Source: an uncultured Gemmatimonadales bacterium (GTDB lineage Bacteria > Gemmatimonadota > Gemmatimonadetes > Gemmatimonadales > GWC2-71-9). Taken from it: a stretch of 64,000 nucleotides of DNA. Shown here one piece after another: positions 9,947 through 18,568 of the stretch; the first letter of the stretch is position 1, and every line of letters starts with the position of its first letter. The position numbers and the translations under genes are program-made. The notes beneath the pieces are model-generated. The model did not search any database, had not been told where the DNA came from, and was given only the letters and a program-made list of their open reading frames with translations. Location of the stretch: positions 257,037 to 321,036 of the forward strand of contig CAVYSW010000003.1 in NCBI GenBank assembly GCA_963771275.1. Reading direction: 5' to 3'.

Positions 9947-11632
9947 GTGGAGTCGCTCGCCCACGTGCTCGGCCCCAAGTGGCGCACGGCGCGCGCCCGG
10001 CTGCGGCAGGAGCGCCAGGCCGGTGGGCGTGGCAAGCTCGTGCTGCTGGCGGTCGTCGGCCTGGCGTTTTGGCTCGCCGTGTTCGGCGTGCTCTACCGCG
10101 TGCTGGCCTACTTTCGGGGGGTCGCGGAGATCGGCCCGCTGCTGGCCGGCAAGCTGCTGGGCCTCGTGCTCCTCTCGTTTCTCTCGATTTTGCTGCTGTC
10201 CAACCTGATCACGGCCCTCTCGTCGTTCTTCCTGGCCAAGGACCTGGACCTCCTGGTGTCCGCCCCGGTGGACAGGGTGCACTTGTACCTCGCCAAGCTG
10301 GGCGAGACCCTGGTGCACAGCTCGTGGATGGTGGCCCTCATGAGCGTGCCGATCTTCGCGGCGTATGGCGTGGTCTACGGCGGCGGCTGGGCGTTCGTCC
10401 CCCTGGTCGTGGCGGTGTTCCTGCCGCTGGTGGTGGTGCCTGCGGTGATCGGGAGCGCCACGACGCTAGTGCTGGTGAACGTGTTCCCCGCCCGCCGCAC
10501 GCGCGACCTGCTGTCCGTCGTCACGATCGCGGCGGCGGGACTCCTGATCCTGATGTTCCGCGTCATGCGGCCGGAGCAGCTCGCCCGGCCGGAGGGCTTC
10601 CGCAACCTGCTCGATTTCATCACCGTGCTGCGCACGCCCACCACGCCGTTCCTGCCGAGCGAGTGGGCCACCGAGACGGTGATGAGCTATCTCGTGGGGC
10701 CGTTCGACTGGCTGGGACTGGCGCTGCTGTGGTCCACCGCGGGCGTGCTGGTCGTGGGCGGCGCCGCCCTGCACGGGCGCCTCTATCCGATCGGCTACAC
10801 CAAGGCGCAGGAAGGCGCCGAGCGGTTCGTCCACGGCTGGGTCTGGCAGACCCTGCTCGCGCCGCTGGGGACCGTGTTCTCCGTGGCGAAGCGCGAGTTC
10901 ATCGTGAAGGACATCAAGCTGTTCTTCCGCGACACCACGCAGTGGAGCCAGCTGATCCTCTTGGGCGTGCTGGTGGTGATCTACCTGTTCAACATCCGCG
11001 CGCTGCCGCTGTTCTCGGGCGAGCAGGTCCCATTCTACTTCATGAGCCTCGTGGCGTTCCTCAACCTGGGCCTTGCGGGGTTCGTGCTCGCGTCGATCGC
11101 GGCACGGTTCATCTTTCCCATGGTCTCGCTCGAAGGGCGCCAGATGTGGCTGCTGCGGTCCAGCCCGCTCGATCTGCGGGCGTTGCTCTGGTCGAAGTAC
11201 TGGACCGGCACCGTGCCGCTCCTGGCGCTGGCGCTCGTCATCACGGCGTTCACGAACCTGCTGCTCAAGACGACGCCGTTCATGATGGCGGTGGCGGTGG
11301 GCACGATCATTCTGCTCACACTGGCGATCGGGGCGCTCGCCCTGGGATTCGGCGCCGTGTACCCGCAGTTCGAGACGGAGAACGCGGCCCAGATCCCCAC
11401 GTCGTTCGGCGGGCTCGTCTTCATGATGAGCACGATCGTCCTGCTCGCCGCGGTGATCGTGGTGGAGGCAGTACCGGTCTACCAGTATCTGCAGGCGGTG
11501 TACCGGCGGGAGCCCGTCGTGCTGGACTGGCGGATGTATGCGGCGTTCGGGGCGGTCGTCGGGATCTGCACCGCCGCGACGGTCGTCCCGCTGCGCGTGG
11601 GGCTCAGACGGATGGAGCAGTTCGAGTTCTAG
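9947..11632 (+). CDS. polytopic membrane protein, putative ABC exporter permease
   Basis: 561 aa with many hydrophobic helices. It starts 1 nt after the ATPase stop. Confidence 0.65.
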   Translation: MESLAHVLGPKWRTARARLRQERQAGGRGKLVLLAVVGLAFWLAVFGVLYRVLAYFRGVAEIGPLLAGKLLGLVLLSFLSILLLSNLITALSSFFLAKDLDLLVSAPVDRVHLYLAKLGETLVHSSWMVALMSVPIFAAYGVVYGGGWAFVPLVVAVFLPLVVVPAVIGSATTLVLVNVFPARRTRDLLSVVTIAAAGLLILMFRVMRPEQLARPEGFRNLLDFITVLRTPTTPFLPSEWATETVMSYLVGPFDWLGLALLWSTAGVLVVGGAALHGRLYPIGYTKAQEGAERFVHGWVWQTLLAPLGTVFSVAKREFIVKDIKLFFRDTTQWSQLILLGVLVVIYLFNIRALPLFSGEQVPFYFMSLVAFLNLGLAGFVLASIAARFIFPMVSLEGRQMWLLRSSPLDLRALLWSKYWTGTVPLLALALVITAFTNLLLKTTPFMMAVAVGTIILLTLAIGALALGFGAVYPQFETENAAQIPTSFGGLVFMMSTIVLLAAVIVVEAVPVYQYLQAVYRREPVVLDWRMYAAFGAVVGICTAATVVPLRVGLRRMEQFEF

Positions 11633-11731
11633 TCGATAGCCGATAGCCGATGGCCGATGGCCGTTGCGGAACGGCGGTGGGACGGCGCATCCGTCGCCCA
11701 CCGCCGCTGTCGTTGGCCACCGGCTATCGAC
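11632..11731. repeat. long imperfect palindrome with CGATRGC heptamer array, probable bidirectional terminator
   Basis: Four CGATRGC heptamers occupy 11634-11661. The outer arms gtcgatagccg (11632-42) and cggctatcgac (11721-31) pair, and the GC core ggcggtgggacgg / ccgtcgcccaccgcc (11673-11705) pairs. The element lies between convergent genes. Confidence 0.6.
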
Positions 11732-11743
11732 CAACGCCAACCC

Positions 11744-12667
11744 CTACTCGATGCGGTAGGGAATCGCCCAGACGTTGGCCCGGTAGTCGTCCTCGCTGTC
11801 CGTGTTGAACGTCTGCGAGTCGATCGCGTCCACCGTGATCCGCTCTCTCCCGGTGAACCGGGCCGTCCACTCGCGCACGAACACCCCGGCCTCGGTCTCC
11901 CGCATCGGCACGCGCACCCAGCCTCGGGCATCCGGACCGGCATGGTAGAGGTGCAGCAAGACGAACGTCGCGGGCTCGTTGCCCGTGCCCGTCGTGTTGT
12001 CGACCGTCGCCGCGACCCGCACCACGTCACCGACGTGCAGCCGCGGGACCCGGTCGTTCACGTCGAACAACTCGGTCGGGTTCTCGACGACGAAGGCGAG
12101 CGTGCCGTTCACCCAGACGCCGACGCGGGTGAGGCGCACCGTCCGCTTCGCCTCGTCCGTCATCCTCCACTGATGCGGGCTCAGGGCCGCGAGGTGCCAG
12201 CGGCGCCCTGTGCCGTCCGGGTCCCCACGGACCAGCAGGGCGTGCTGCACGGCCTCCTCCTGCAGCGGTTTCGCCGTGGGGTTCCGCACGCCGTCGTCGG
12301 TCCGATCGAGCACGAACGTCCCGTCGAATCGCATGACGGCCCGGACGCGCGCGGTGTCGTTGGCCACGTCGACGCTCACCCGGCGTCCGATCGGCGGTCC
12401 AGGCTGCCGCCCCCAGGCCCGCACGAGCGGGACCGAGTCCGCCGCGCTCGGCGCGAGCCCGAGGTCGAAGCCGGCGGTGGCGCTCAGGGGGGCATTGTCG
12501 ATCGCCCCATCGAGCCCGAAGTCGTCCGCAAACCAGCCGGACTGGTCGAGCGCGGTGAGGACTTCGCTGCGATCCTGCGGGTCGGCGTTGCCCGGGGCGG
12601 TGGCGTCACTGCACGCCGCCGCGGCCAGGGCCGCCACACATCCTATGGCGAAGGGTAGTCGCTGCAT
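11744..12667 (-). CDS. hypothetical lipoprotein
   Basis: 307 aa. The signal peptide carries a lipobox-like LAAAAC (MQRLPFAIGCVAALAAAACSD). Confidence 0.55.
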   Translation of the reverse strand: MQRLPFAIGCVAALAAAACSDATAPGNADPQDRSEVLTALDQSGWFADDFGLDGAIDNAPLSATAGFDLGLAPSAADSVPLVRAWGRQPGPPIGRRVSVDVANDTARVRAVMRFDGTFVLDRTDDGVRNPTAKPLQEEAVQHALLVRGDPDGTGRRWHLAALSPHQWRMTDEAKRTVRLTRVGVWVNGTLAFVVENPTELFDVNDRVPRLHVGDVVRVAATVDNTTGTGNEPATFVLLHLYHAGPDARGWVRVPMRETEAGVFVREWTARFTGRERITVDAIDSQTFNTDSEDDYRANVWAIPYRIE

Positions 12668-12761
12668 GATATCGCTCCCGGTCGAATGGGCTGGAGGGAT
12701 AGGCTCCCGCGTTCGACCGTGAGACGTGCCGCCCGGCGCGGCGTTAAGCCGGTGAGCTAGA

Positions 12762-13205
12762 TCACACCCCGAGGGGCCGGCCGCATTCGGAGCAGAACGC
12801 GGCCCCGGTCTCGGGTCGCGGCCCGCAGACGGGGCAGACGGACGCCTGGTTACGGGCCGCCAGGATCAGGGCCTCCGCGGGATCGTCCGTGGCCTCGGCG
12901 GCGGCGACCGCGGTGGTTGCGGTGTCTTCGGCCTCGATCGCGGCCAGCGCCCGCTTCGCGTAGCGGGCCTTGAGGTGCTCGTAATCGTCGTCCGAGAGCT
13001 TGCCGGTCGCGCGGTCGAACTCGATCTCCTTGAGCGCCAGCAGGGCTTGCACCTTGGGGGACTCGGATTCCTCGAGCGGTGCAAAGTCCTCGTCGGCGTC
13101 GTCGTCGGCACCGGCCGGCGCGTCGGCGCGATTGCGGATGAGCGGCTCGAGCACGAGCGCGAGCGCGGCGAGCGCGACGGCGACGCCGGCAATCAGTTCC
13201 AGCAT
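12762..13205 (-). CDS. CcmI-N-terminal-like membrane protein with C-terminal zinc ribbon
   Basis: 147 aa. It has a TM helix, then LLALKEIEFDRATGKLSDDDYEHLKARYAKRAL (CcmI/CycH-N-like), then CPVCG..CSECG. It starts 1 nt after the ccmH stop. Confidence 0.5.
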   Translation of the reverse strand: MLELIAGVAVALAALALVLEPLIRNRADAPAGADDDADEDFAPLEESESPKVQALLALKEIEFDRATGKLSDDDYEHLKARYAKRALAAIEAEDTATTAVAAAEATDDPAEALILAARNQASVCPVCGPRPETGAAFCSECGRPLGV

Positions 13206-13206
13206 G

Positions 13207-13788
13207 TCAGCTCTCCAGGCGATCCAGCTCCGCCTTGAGGCGCGCGGCCTCGTCCGGTGAGAGCCCCACGCGCTCGGGCCCGGGCGCTGTGGCCGCGACG
13301 GTCGCCACGCGGGCGCGGCGGATCAGCACCGTGCCGATGACGACGCCCACGATCGTGATCACCACGCCCGGCAGCAGGTACGCCGCCCAGTTGAACCCCT
13401 GCTTGGGCGGGGCCATCAACGCCGTCTCGCCGTACTTCGCCACGAAGGCGGCAATGACCTCGTCGGCGCTCTTGCCCTGCTGCACCAGTCCGACGATCTC
13501 GTGATGCAGGGCGGGCGAGTAGGTGCACGTAAAATCGGTCGTGCGGCACGTGTAGATGTCGAGGTTGCAGCCGCAGGTACAGCGCAGGCGCCGCTCGACC
13601 CCGATGATGAACGGATCGTTCTCGTAGTCGGTGATCGCGCCGCGCGGTCGCCCCGCCAGGTCGGGCTGCCACAGGCGGGCCGCCGCGGTGTCCCGCGTGG
13701 TGTCCTGCGGCGACTGCAGGCCCGCCACCGGTGCGAGGCCGAGCACGGCCGTCTGCCGCAGGAACGCGCGCCGCCCCAACGCCTTCAC
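13207..13788 (-). CDS. ccmH: cytochrome c biogenesis protein CcmH/NrfF-like
   Basis: GTG 13788 overlaps the ccmF TGA. The N-terminus is twin-arginine-like (GRRAFLRQT). A Cys-rich motif LRCTCGCNLDIYTC and a C-terminal TM helix are present. Confidence 0.7.
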   Translation of the reverse strand: MKALGRRAFLRQTAVLGLAPVAGLQSPQDTTRDTAAARLWQPDLAGRPRGAITDYENDPFIIGVERRLRCTCGCNLDIYTCRTTDFTCTYSPALHHEIVGLVQQGKSADEVIAAFVAKYGETALMAPPKQGFNWAAYLLPGVVITIVGVVIGTVLIRRARVATVAATAPGPERVGLSPDEAARLKAELDRLES

Positions 13789-15821
13789 GCGTCCACCGCC
13801 TCTCCCGCCAGCGACACCTGGTAGCCTTCCACCGCGCGGCGCCGGGCGGTCTCCGACGGCCCGCCACCGGGCCACAGCGTCACGACGCCACCGAACACGA
13901 GGATGGCCCCGCCGATCCAGACCCAGATGACGAGCGGGTTGATCGTGAACTTGTAGACGGCCTCCTCGGTGCCGTTGACCGCCCCGGCGAACACGATGTA
14001 CAGGTCCTCGCGCGCCGACGAGCGGATCGCCGCCTCGGTGGACGGCTCGAACGTCTGGCGGCCGAACGAATCCACGTACTGGCGCTTCTCGCTCGTCATC
14101 ACGCCCAGGCGCTTGCCGTCCTGGGTCACTTCCACGCTCGCCGCCGACACGAAGCGGTTGAGCGCCTCGTACTGCGACACGCCGATGTGCGTGAACGTGA
14201 GGGTGTTGCCGTACGGCGACCGCATCGTCACCGACTCACCCGGCTTGAGCGACGCCTCCTGCTCCTTCTTGAAGGCCAGGCCGGTGAAGGCGACGAAATA
14301 CACCACGATGCCGAGGTGCACGATGTAGCCGCCGTACCGGCGCCGGTTGCGGCCGACGAGCCGCGCGAACGCGAGCGCGTAGTGCTCGCCGTGCAACCGG
14401 TGCCGGGCGCCCACGCCGCGCACGAACTCCTGCAGGATGGTCCCCACGACGAACGCGGCAAGCGTGATCGCCACGCCGGCAGAGAAGTTCGAGAGACGGA
14501 GCGCGATCAGCGTGGCCGCCATCGCCACCGCGGCGAGGCCCGGCACCACGAACTGGCGTCGCAGATTGCGCGGGCTCGCCTTGCGCCACGCGATCAGCGG
14601 GCCAATGCCGGTGAGCGCCAACAGGGCGAGCCCGAGCGGCACGTTCACCTGATTGAAGAACGGCGGTCCCACCGTGACCTTCGTGCCGCGGACCGCCTCC
14701 GAGAGGATCGGGAACAGCGTCCCCCACAGCACCGAGAACGCGACCCCAACGAGGATCAGGTTGTTGAAGAAGAAGCTCGCCTCACGCGACAGCGCGCTCT
14801 CCAGCCTGGTCTCGGTGCGCAGCAGATCCCAGCGCGACCAGGTGAGCCAGCCCATGAAGCAGCCGCCGAGCACCAGGAAGCCGAGGAAGAAGTAGCCCAC
14901 GTTCGACTGCGTGAACGAGTGGACGCTCGAAATGATGCCGCTCCGCGTGATGAACGTCCCGAGAATGGACAGCATGAAGCTGATGCCGATCAGGACGATG
15001 TTCCAGCGCTTCAGCATGCCGCGCTTTTCCTGGATCATCACGGAATGGAGGAACGCCGTCATCGTGAGCCACGGCAAGAGGCTGGCGTTCTCCACCGGGT
15101 CCCACGCCCAGTAGCCGCCCCAGCCCAGCTCGACGTACGCCCACCACATCCCGAGCGTGATCCCCGCCGAGAGGAACACCCAGGACAACAGCGTCCACTT
15201 GCGGATCGCGTGGAGCCAGCCGATGTCGAGCCGCCGGGTCAGCAGCGCCGCGACCGAGAAGGCGTACGGGATGGCGATCGAGATGTAGCCGAGATAGAGC
15301 ATCGGCGGATGGATCACCATCCCCGGGTTCTGGAGCTGCGGGTTCAGCCCACGCCCGTCCATCGGCGTATAGGCCAGCCGCGTGAACGGGTTGGCCGCGA
15401 ACACCGAGACGGACACGAAGAAGGCCGCGATGACGCACGTGACCGCCGCGACGTACGGCATCAGATACGCATACCGCCGCGGCGTGAGCAGCTGGGCCGC
15501 GGACGCGAACACGCTCAGCACCAGTGCCCAGAACAGGAGGCTCCCCGACTGCCCGCCGTAGAACGCCGACAGCTTGTAGGCGAGCGGCAGGTTGCGGCTG
15601 CTGTAGCTCGCGACATAGGAGACGTTGAAGTCGTCCTTGAGGAGGGCCACCACGAGCGCCAGGGCCGCGACGGCGATGACCCCCGTCAGGGCGTAGACCG
15701 TGCGCCGGGCGCTGCGGATCAGCACGGGATCACCGCGGCGCCCGCCAACGATGCCGACCACCGCCCCCCATACGCCGAGGAGCAACGCCAGCCACAACGC
15801 GAGTTGTCCGAGAATGGTCAT
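13785..15821 (-). CDS. ccmF: cytochrome c heme lyase subunit CcmF
   Basis: From ATG 15821 the product is 678 aa and polytopic, with the tryptophan-rich motif WGGYWAWDPVENASLLPW. Confidence 0.9.
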   Translation of the reverse strand: MTILGQLALWLALLLGVWGAVVGIVGGRRGDPVLIRSARRTVYALTGVIAVAALALVVALLKDDFNVSYVASYSSRNLPLAYKLSAFYGGQSGSLLFWALVLSVFASAAQLLTPRRYAYLMPYVAAVTCVIAAFFVSVSVFAANPFTRLAYTPMDGRGLNPQLQNPGMVIHPPMLYLGYISIAIPYAFSVAALLTRRLDIGWLHAIRKWTLLSWVFLSAGITLGMWWAYVELGWGGYWAWDPVENASLLPWLTMTAFLHSVMIQEKRGMLKRWNIVLIGISFMLSILGTFITRSGIISSVHSFTQSNVGYFFLGFLVLGGCFMGWLTWSRWDLLRTETRLESALSREASFFFNNLILVGVAFSVLWGTLFPILSEAVRGTKVTVGPPFFNQVNVPLGLALLALTGIGPLIAWRKASPRNLRRQFVVPGLAAVAMAATLIALRLSNFSAGVAITLAAFVVGTILQEFVRGVGARHRLHGEHYALAFARLVGRNRRRYGGYIVHLGIVVYFVAFTGLAFKKEQEASLKPGESVTMRSPYGNTLTFTHIGVSQYEALNRFVSAASVEVTQDGKRLGVMTSEKRQYVDSFGRQTFEPSTEAAIRSSAREDLYIVFAGAVNGTEEAVYKFTINPLVIWVWIGGAILVFGGVVTLWPGGGPSETARRRAVEGYQVSLAGEAVDA

Positions 15822-15825
15822 GGGA

Positions 15826-16230
15826 TCAGGCCTTCGGGACGGCCTCGTAGCGCGACCCGCACTTCGCGAGCAACGTGGTGGCGCGGAAGGTGCCGTCCGG
15901 CTGCAGGCGACCCTCCACCACAACCTCCACATCATCCGTGAACGTGTCGGGCGCCAGGCCGCGGTAGACGACCGGGTAGGTCACCTGGCCATCGGTGACA
16001 TTGAAGCTGATCGTCTGCGTGGCGACGTCCCGCGCAATGGAGCCCGTCACGACCTTGGCGCCCATCTTGACGCCCACGTCGTGGAACCCCGGGTCGGCCG
16101 CCACCTTGGCGGCAAGCTCCGAGGGGGTCAGGAAGTAGACCCCGGTTTCCTTGATGCCGGACGCCATCAGAAACCCCACGGTCCCCACCACCAGCACACC
16201 TGCCATCAGGACTTTCGTCGACGCGCGCAT
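15826..16230 (-). CDS. ccmE: heme chaperone CcmE, Cys-type (CxxxY) variant
   Basis: 134 aa with an N-terminal anchor and an OB-like body. The C-terminal LLAKCGSRYE replaces the canonical LAKHDENY. Confidence 0.85.
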   Translation of the reverse strand: MRASTKVLMAGVLVVGTVGFLMASGIKETGVYFLTPSELAAKVAADPGFHDVGVKMGAKVVTGSIARDVATQTISFNVTDGQVTYPVVYRGLAPDTFTDDVEVVVEGRLQPDGTFRATTLLAKCGSRYEAVPKA

Positions 16231-16584
16231 GGCTCTCCCAACGCCCCATGATGAGAGTACGACACGAATATAGACTACCGCGGGAGCGGGGAAAAGTTCA
16301 TCGGGAGTTCATAAAGAAGGTTTCATCCGGTCGCCCTAGCACCGGACACTGCCGGTGGACCGGCGGACGAGCCGGCCAGGCACGCCGCCCCCTCCTTTGC
16401 CGTATCCGACTACGCCGGGCTGACTTGCGTGGCCTTGACCGACCTGGCGACCGCGACTGGTTCACACGCCATTAATCCTTTCTTAAGCGTGGGCCGCCTA
16501 GCGTATGACCACTGACTCTTGGGGGGCCCGCCATGGACCCGCCACCCTTGGGGTTTTCGTCCGGTCAGGCATTCGAGGTGACCC

Positions 16585-16935
16585 GTGCGGACGCTGTTCA
16601 TCCTGAACGACCCGCCCTACGGCAGCGAGCGGTGTTACAACGCGCTTCGCCTTGCCGCGTCGCTCGCGACGCGTGAGGGGGAGCAGGTGTGGGTCTACCT
16701 CATGGGGGACGCGGGGTCGGGCGCCAAGGCCGGGCAGGAGGTGCCCCGGGGCTACTACAACATCGAGGCGATGCTCCGGCTGATCCTGTCGTACGGCGGC
16801 ACCGTGGGGGCCTGCGGCACGTGCCTCGAGGCCCGCGGCCTGGCCGACAGCGAGTTGATCGACGGGGTCCAGAAGTGCACGCTCCAGGTCCTGACCGACT
16901 GGGTGCAGGAGGCGGACCGCGTCCTGCCGTTCTGA
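16585..16935 (+). CDS. DsrE/DsrF/TusD-like sulfur-relay family protein
   Basis: 116 aa: MRTLFILNDPPYGSERCYNALRLA..VWVYLMGDAG..GACGTCLEARG. Confidence 0.65.
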   Translation: MRTLFILNDPPYGSERCYNALRLAASLATREGEQVWVYLMGDAGSGAKAGQEVPRGYYNIEAMLRLILSYGGTVGACGTCLEARGLADSELIDGVQKCTLQVLTDWVQEADRVLPF

Positions 16936-16938
16936 GGC

Positions 16939-16961
16939 GCGGCGCCCCCACAGGGCGCCGC
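16939..16961. terminator. GC hairpin between convergent genes
   Basis: The stem is about 9 bp (gcggcgccc / gggcgccgc) with loop ccaca. It lies between the stops at 16935 (+) and 16975 (-). Confidence 0.45.
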
Positions 16962-16974
16962 CGCCGCAGCCCGC

Positions 16975-18072
16975 CTACTTGGTGGGGTTCGCCGTGTACC
17001 CGAGGTACGTGAGCACGAGCATGTAGGCGATGATCGCGACCGCGATCCCGGTAAACAGCCGGCTCGGCCGGCCGCGCGCCGTCCGGCGATCGACAAACGG
17101 CACCAGCAGCAGGAACACGGCGGCGAGCCCGAAGCCCATGATGCCCACCGCCTCGCCCTCGAAGAACAGAATGTGCGCCGGCAGGTACTTCAACGTCTGG
17201 AACATGAACATGAAGTACCACTCCGGCCTGATCCCCGCGGGGGCCGACGCGAACGGATCGGCTTTGGTGCCCAGCTCCGCCGGCAGATAGGCCGCGAGCG
17301 CCGCCAGGATCGCCAGCGCGGTCAGCCACCCGACGAGATCCCGCAACAGGAAATTCGGGAAGAACGGCATCACCCGCTTCGGGCCGCCCTCCTGCTGCAC
17401 GCGCGGCGGCACGCTCATGCCGTGCTTCTGGACGAGGTAGAGGTGCAGGCCGACCAGCACGAGGGTCGTCGCGGGAAGCAGCGCCACATGGATCGCGTAG
17501 AACCGCGTCAGCGTGGCCCCGGTGACGTCGTCTCCTCCGCGCAGCACCCGGAGCAGGAACTCCCCGACCACCGGGACGACGCCGATGATCTGGGTCCCGA
17601 CCCGCGTGGCGAAGTAGGCCAGCTCGTTCCACGGGAGCAGGTATCCCGTGAACCCGAAGGTCATGGCGAGCCCGAGCAGGGCCACCCCGGACATCCAGGT
17701 CAGCTCCCGCGGCTTGGCGTACGACCGCAGCAAGAGCACGCTGAACAGATGCAGGAACAGCGTGAAGATCAGCAGGTTGGCGGCCCAGGCGTGAATCGAC
17801 CGAATGAGCCAGCCGAACGGGACCTCGGCCATGAGAAACTGGACCGACTCGTAGGCCCCTTCCGCACTCGGCCGGTAGTAGATCAGCAGCAGCGCACCCG
17901 TGGACAGCTGGACGATGAACAGAAACAGCGTCATGCCGCCCAGGTAGTACCAGATGGTGTGCCGGTGGATCGGCACGTCCTTCTTCTTTGCCAGCGCGCC
18001 GACCGCCGCCAGCCCCAGCCGCTCGTCAAGCCAGGTCCAGACAGCCATCCAGGCACCGCGGAGTCGCGTCAT
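16975..18072 (-). CDS. cytochrome b (b6-type heme-ligand spacing, fused b6 plus subunit IV-like)
   Basis: The His pairs are [15 protein letters not shown] and [16 protein letters not shown], and the Qo motif RPEWY is present. I prefer ATG 18072 over the TTG 18078 used by the track. Confidence 0.9.
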   Translation of the reverse strand: MTRLRGAWMAVWTWLDERLGLAAVGALAKKKDVPIHRHTIWYYLGGMTLFLFIVQLSTGALLLIYYRPSAEGAYESVQFLMAEVPFGWLIRSIHAWAANLLIFTLFLHLFSVLLLRSYAKPRELTWMSGVALLGLAMTFGFTGYLLPWNELAYFATRVGTQIIGVVPVVGEFLLRVLRGGDDVTGATLTRFYAIHVALLPATTLVLVGLHLYLVQKHGMSVPPRVQQEGGPKRVMPFFPNFLLRDLVGWLTALAILAALAAYLPAELGTKADPFASAPAGIRPEWYFMFMFQTLKYLPAHILFFEGEAVGIMGFGLAAVFLLLVPFVDRRTARGRPSRLFTGIAVAIIAYMLVLTYLGYTANPTK

Positions 18073-18074
18073 CG

Positions 18075-18530
18075 TCAACTCCCCTTGCTCACGACGATCT
18101 CGTCACCCCGCACATTCACGGTGAAGGCCTCGAGCGGCTTCGGGGGCGGGCCCGCGACATTCGTCCCGTTGAGATCGAAGTGGCCGTTGTGACAGGCACA
18201 CCACAGCTGCTGCAGATCGGGTCGGTACTGCACGATGCACCCGAGATGGGTGCAGGTCGCGGAAAACGCCCGCAGGTCTCCGGTGGGGGTTCGCACGATG
18301 ATCCCGGGGCGGTTGCCGAACTTGAAGATCCTGCCCGTGTCGGGCGCCAGGTCGTCGGGCTTGATCGGGAGCGTCACGCTGGATGCCGCCGACTCGCCGC
18401 TGCGCGGCGGGACGAGGTAGCGTCCGGCCGGGTACACGATCGCGAGCAGCAGCCCGCCGACGCTCGTGCCAAGCAGCCAGTTGACGAACCGCCTGCGGGG
18501 CGGTGCGGGGGCCTGCGACGACTGAGCCAT
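18075..18530 (-). CDS. Rieske 2Fe-2S subunit
   Basis: From ATG 18530 (AGGAGG upstream) the product is 151 aa. It has the Tat motif [11 protein letters not shown] and the ligand boxes CTHLGC and CACHNG. Confidence 0.9.
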   Translation of the reverse strand: MAQSSQAPAPPRRRFVNWLLGTSVGGLLLAIVYPAGRYLVPPRSGESAASSVTLPIKPDDLAPDTGRIFKFGNRPGIIVRTPTGDLRAFSATCTHLGCIVQYRPDLQQLWCACHNGHFDLNGTNVAGPPPKPLEAFTVNVRGDEIVVSKGS

Positions 18531-18568
18531 GCCTGCTTCCTCCTGGGGCGTGCCCCGGTCCGGACGGG

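Noticed and set aside
9187-11632. The ABC ATPase and permease as the missing ccmA/ccmB(C) heme exporter.
   Set aside because: The permease is a 561-aa protein unlike the small CcmB and CcmC proteins and lacks the WGxxWxWD heme-handling motif, which is seen only in CcmF here. It is coupled to the macro and transglutaminase genes, not to the ccm genes.
16231-16584. A 354-nt gene-free gap between ccmE and the DsrE-like gene. I inspected it for a tRNA, riboswitch or small RNA.
   Set aside because: I could not recognise a cloverleaf, a known riboswitch core or a convincing promoter/terminator pair by eye. A covariance-model scan (Rfam/Infernal) would be needed before calling anything.
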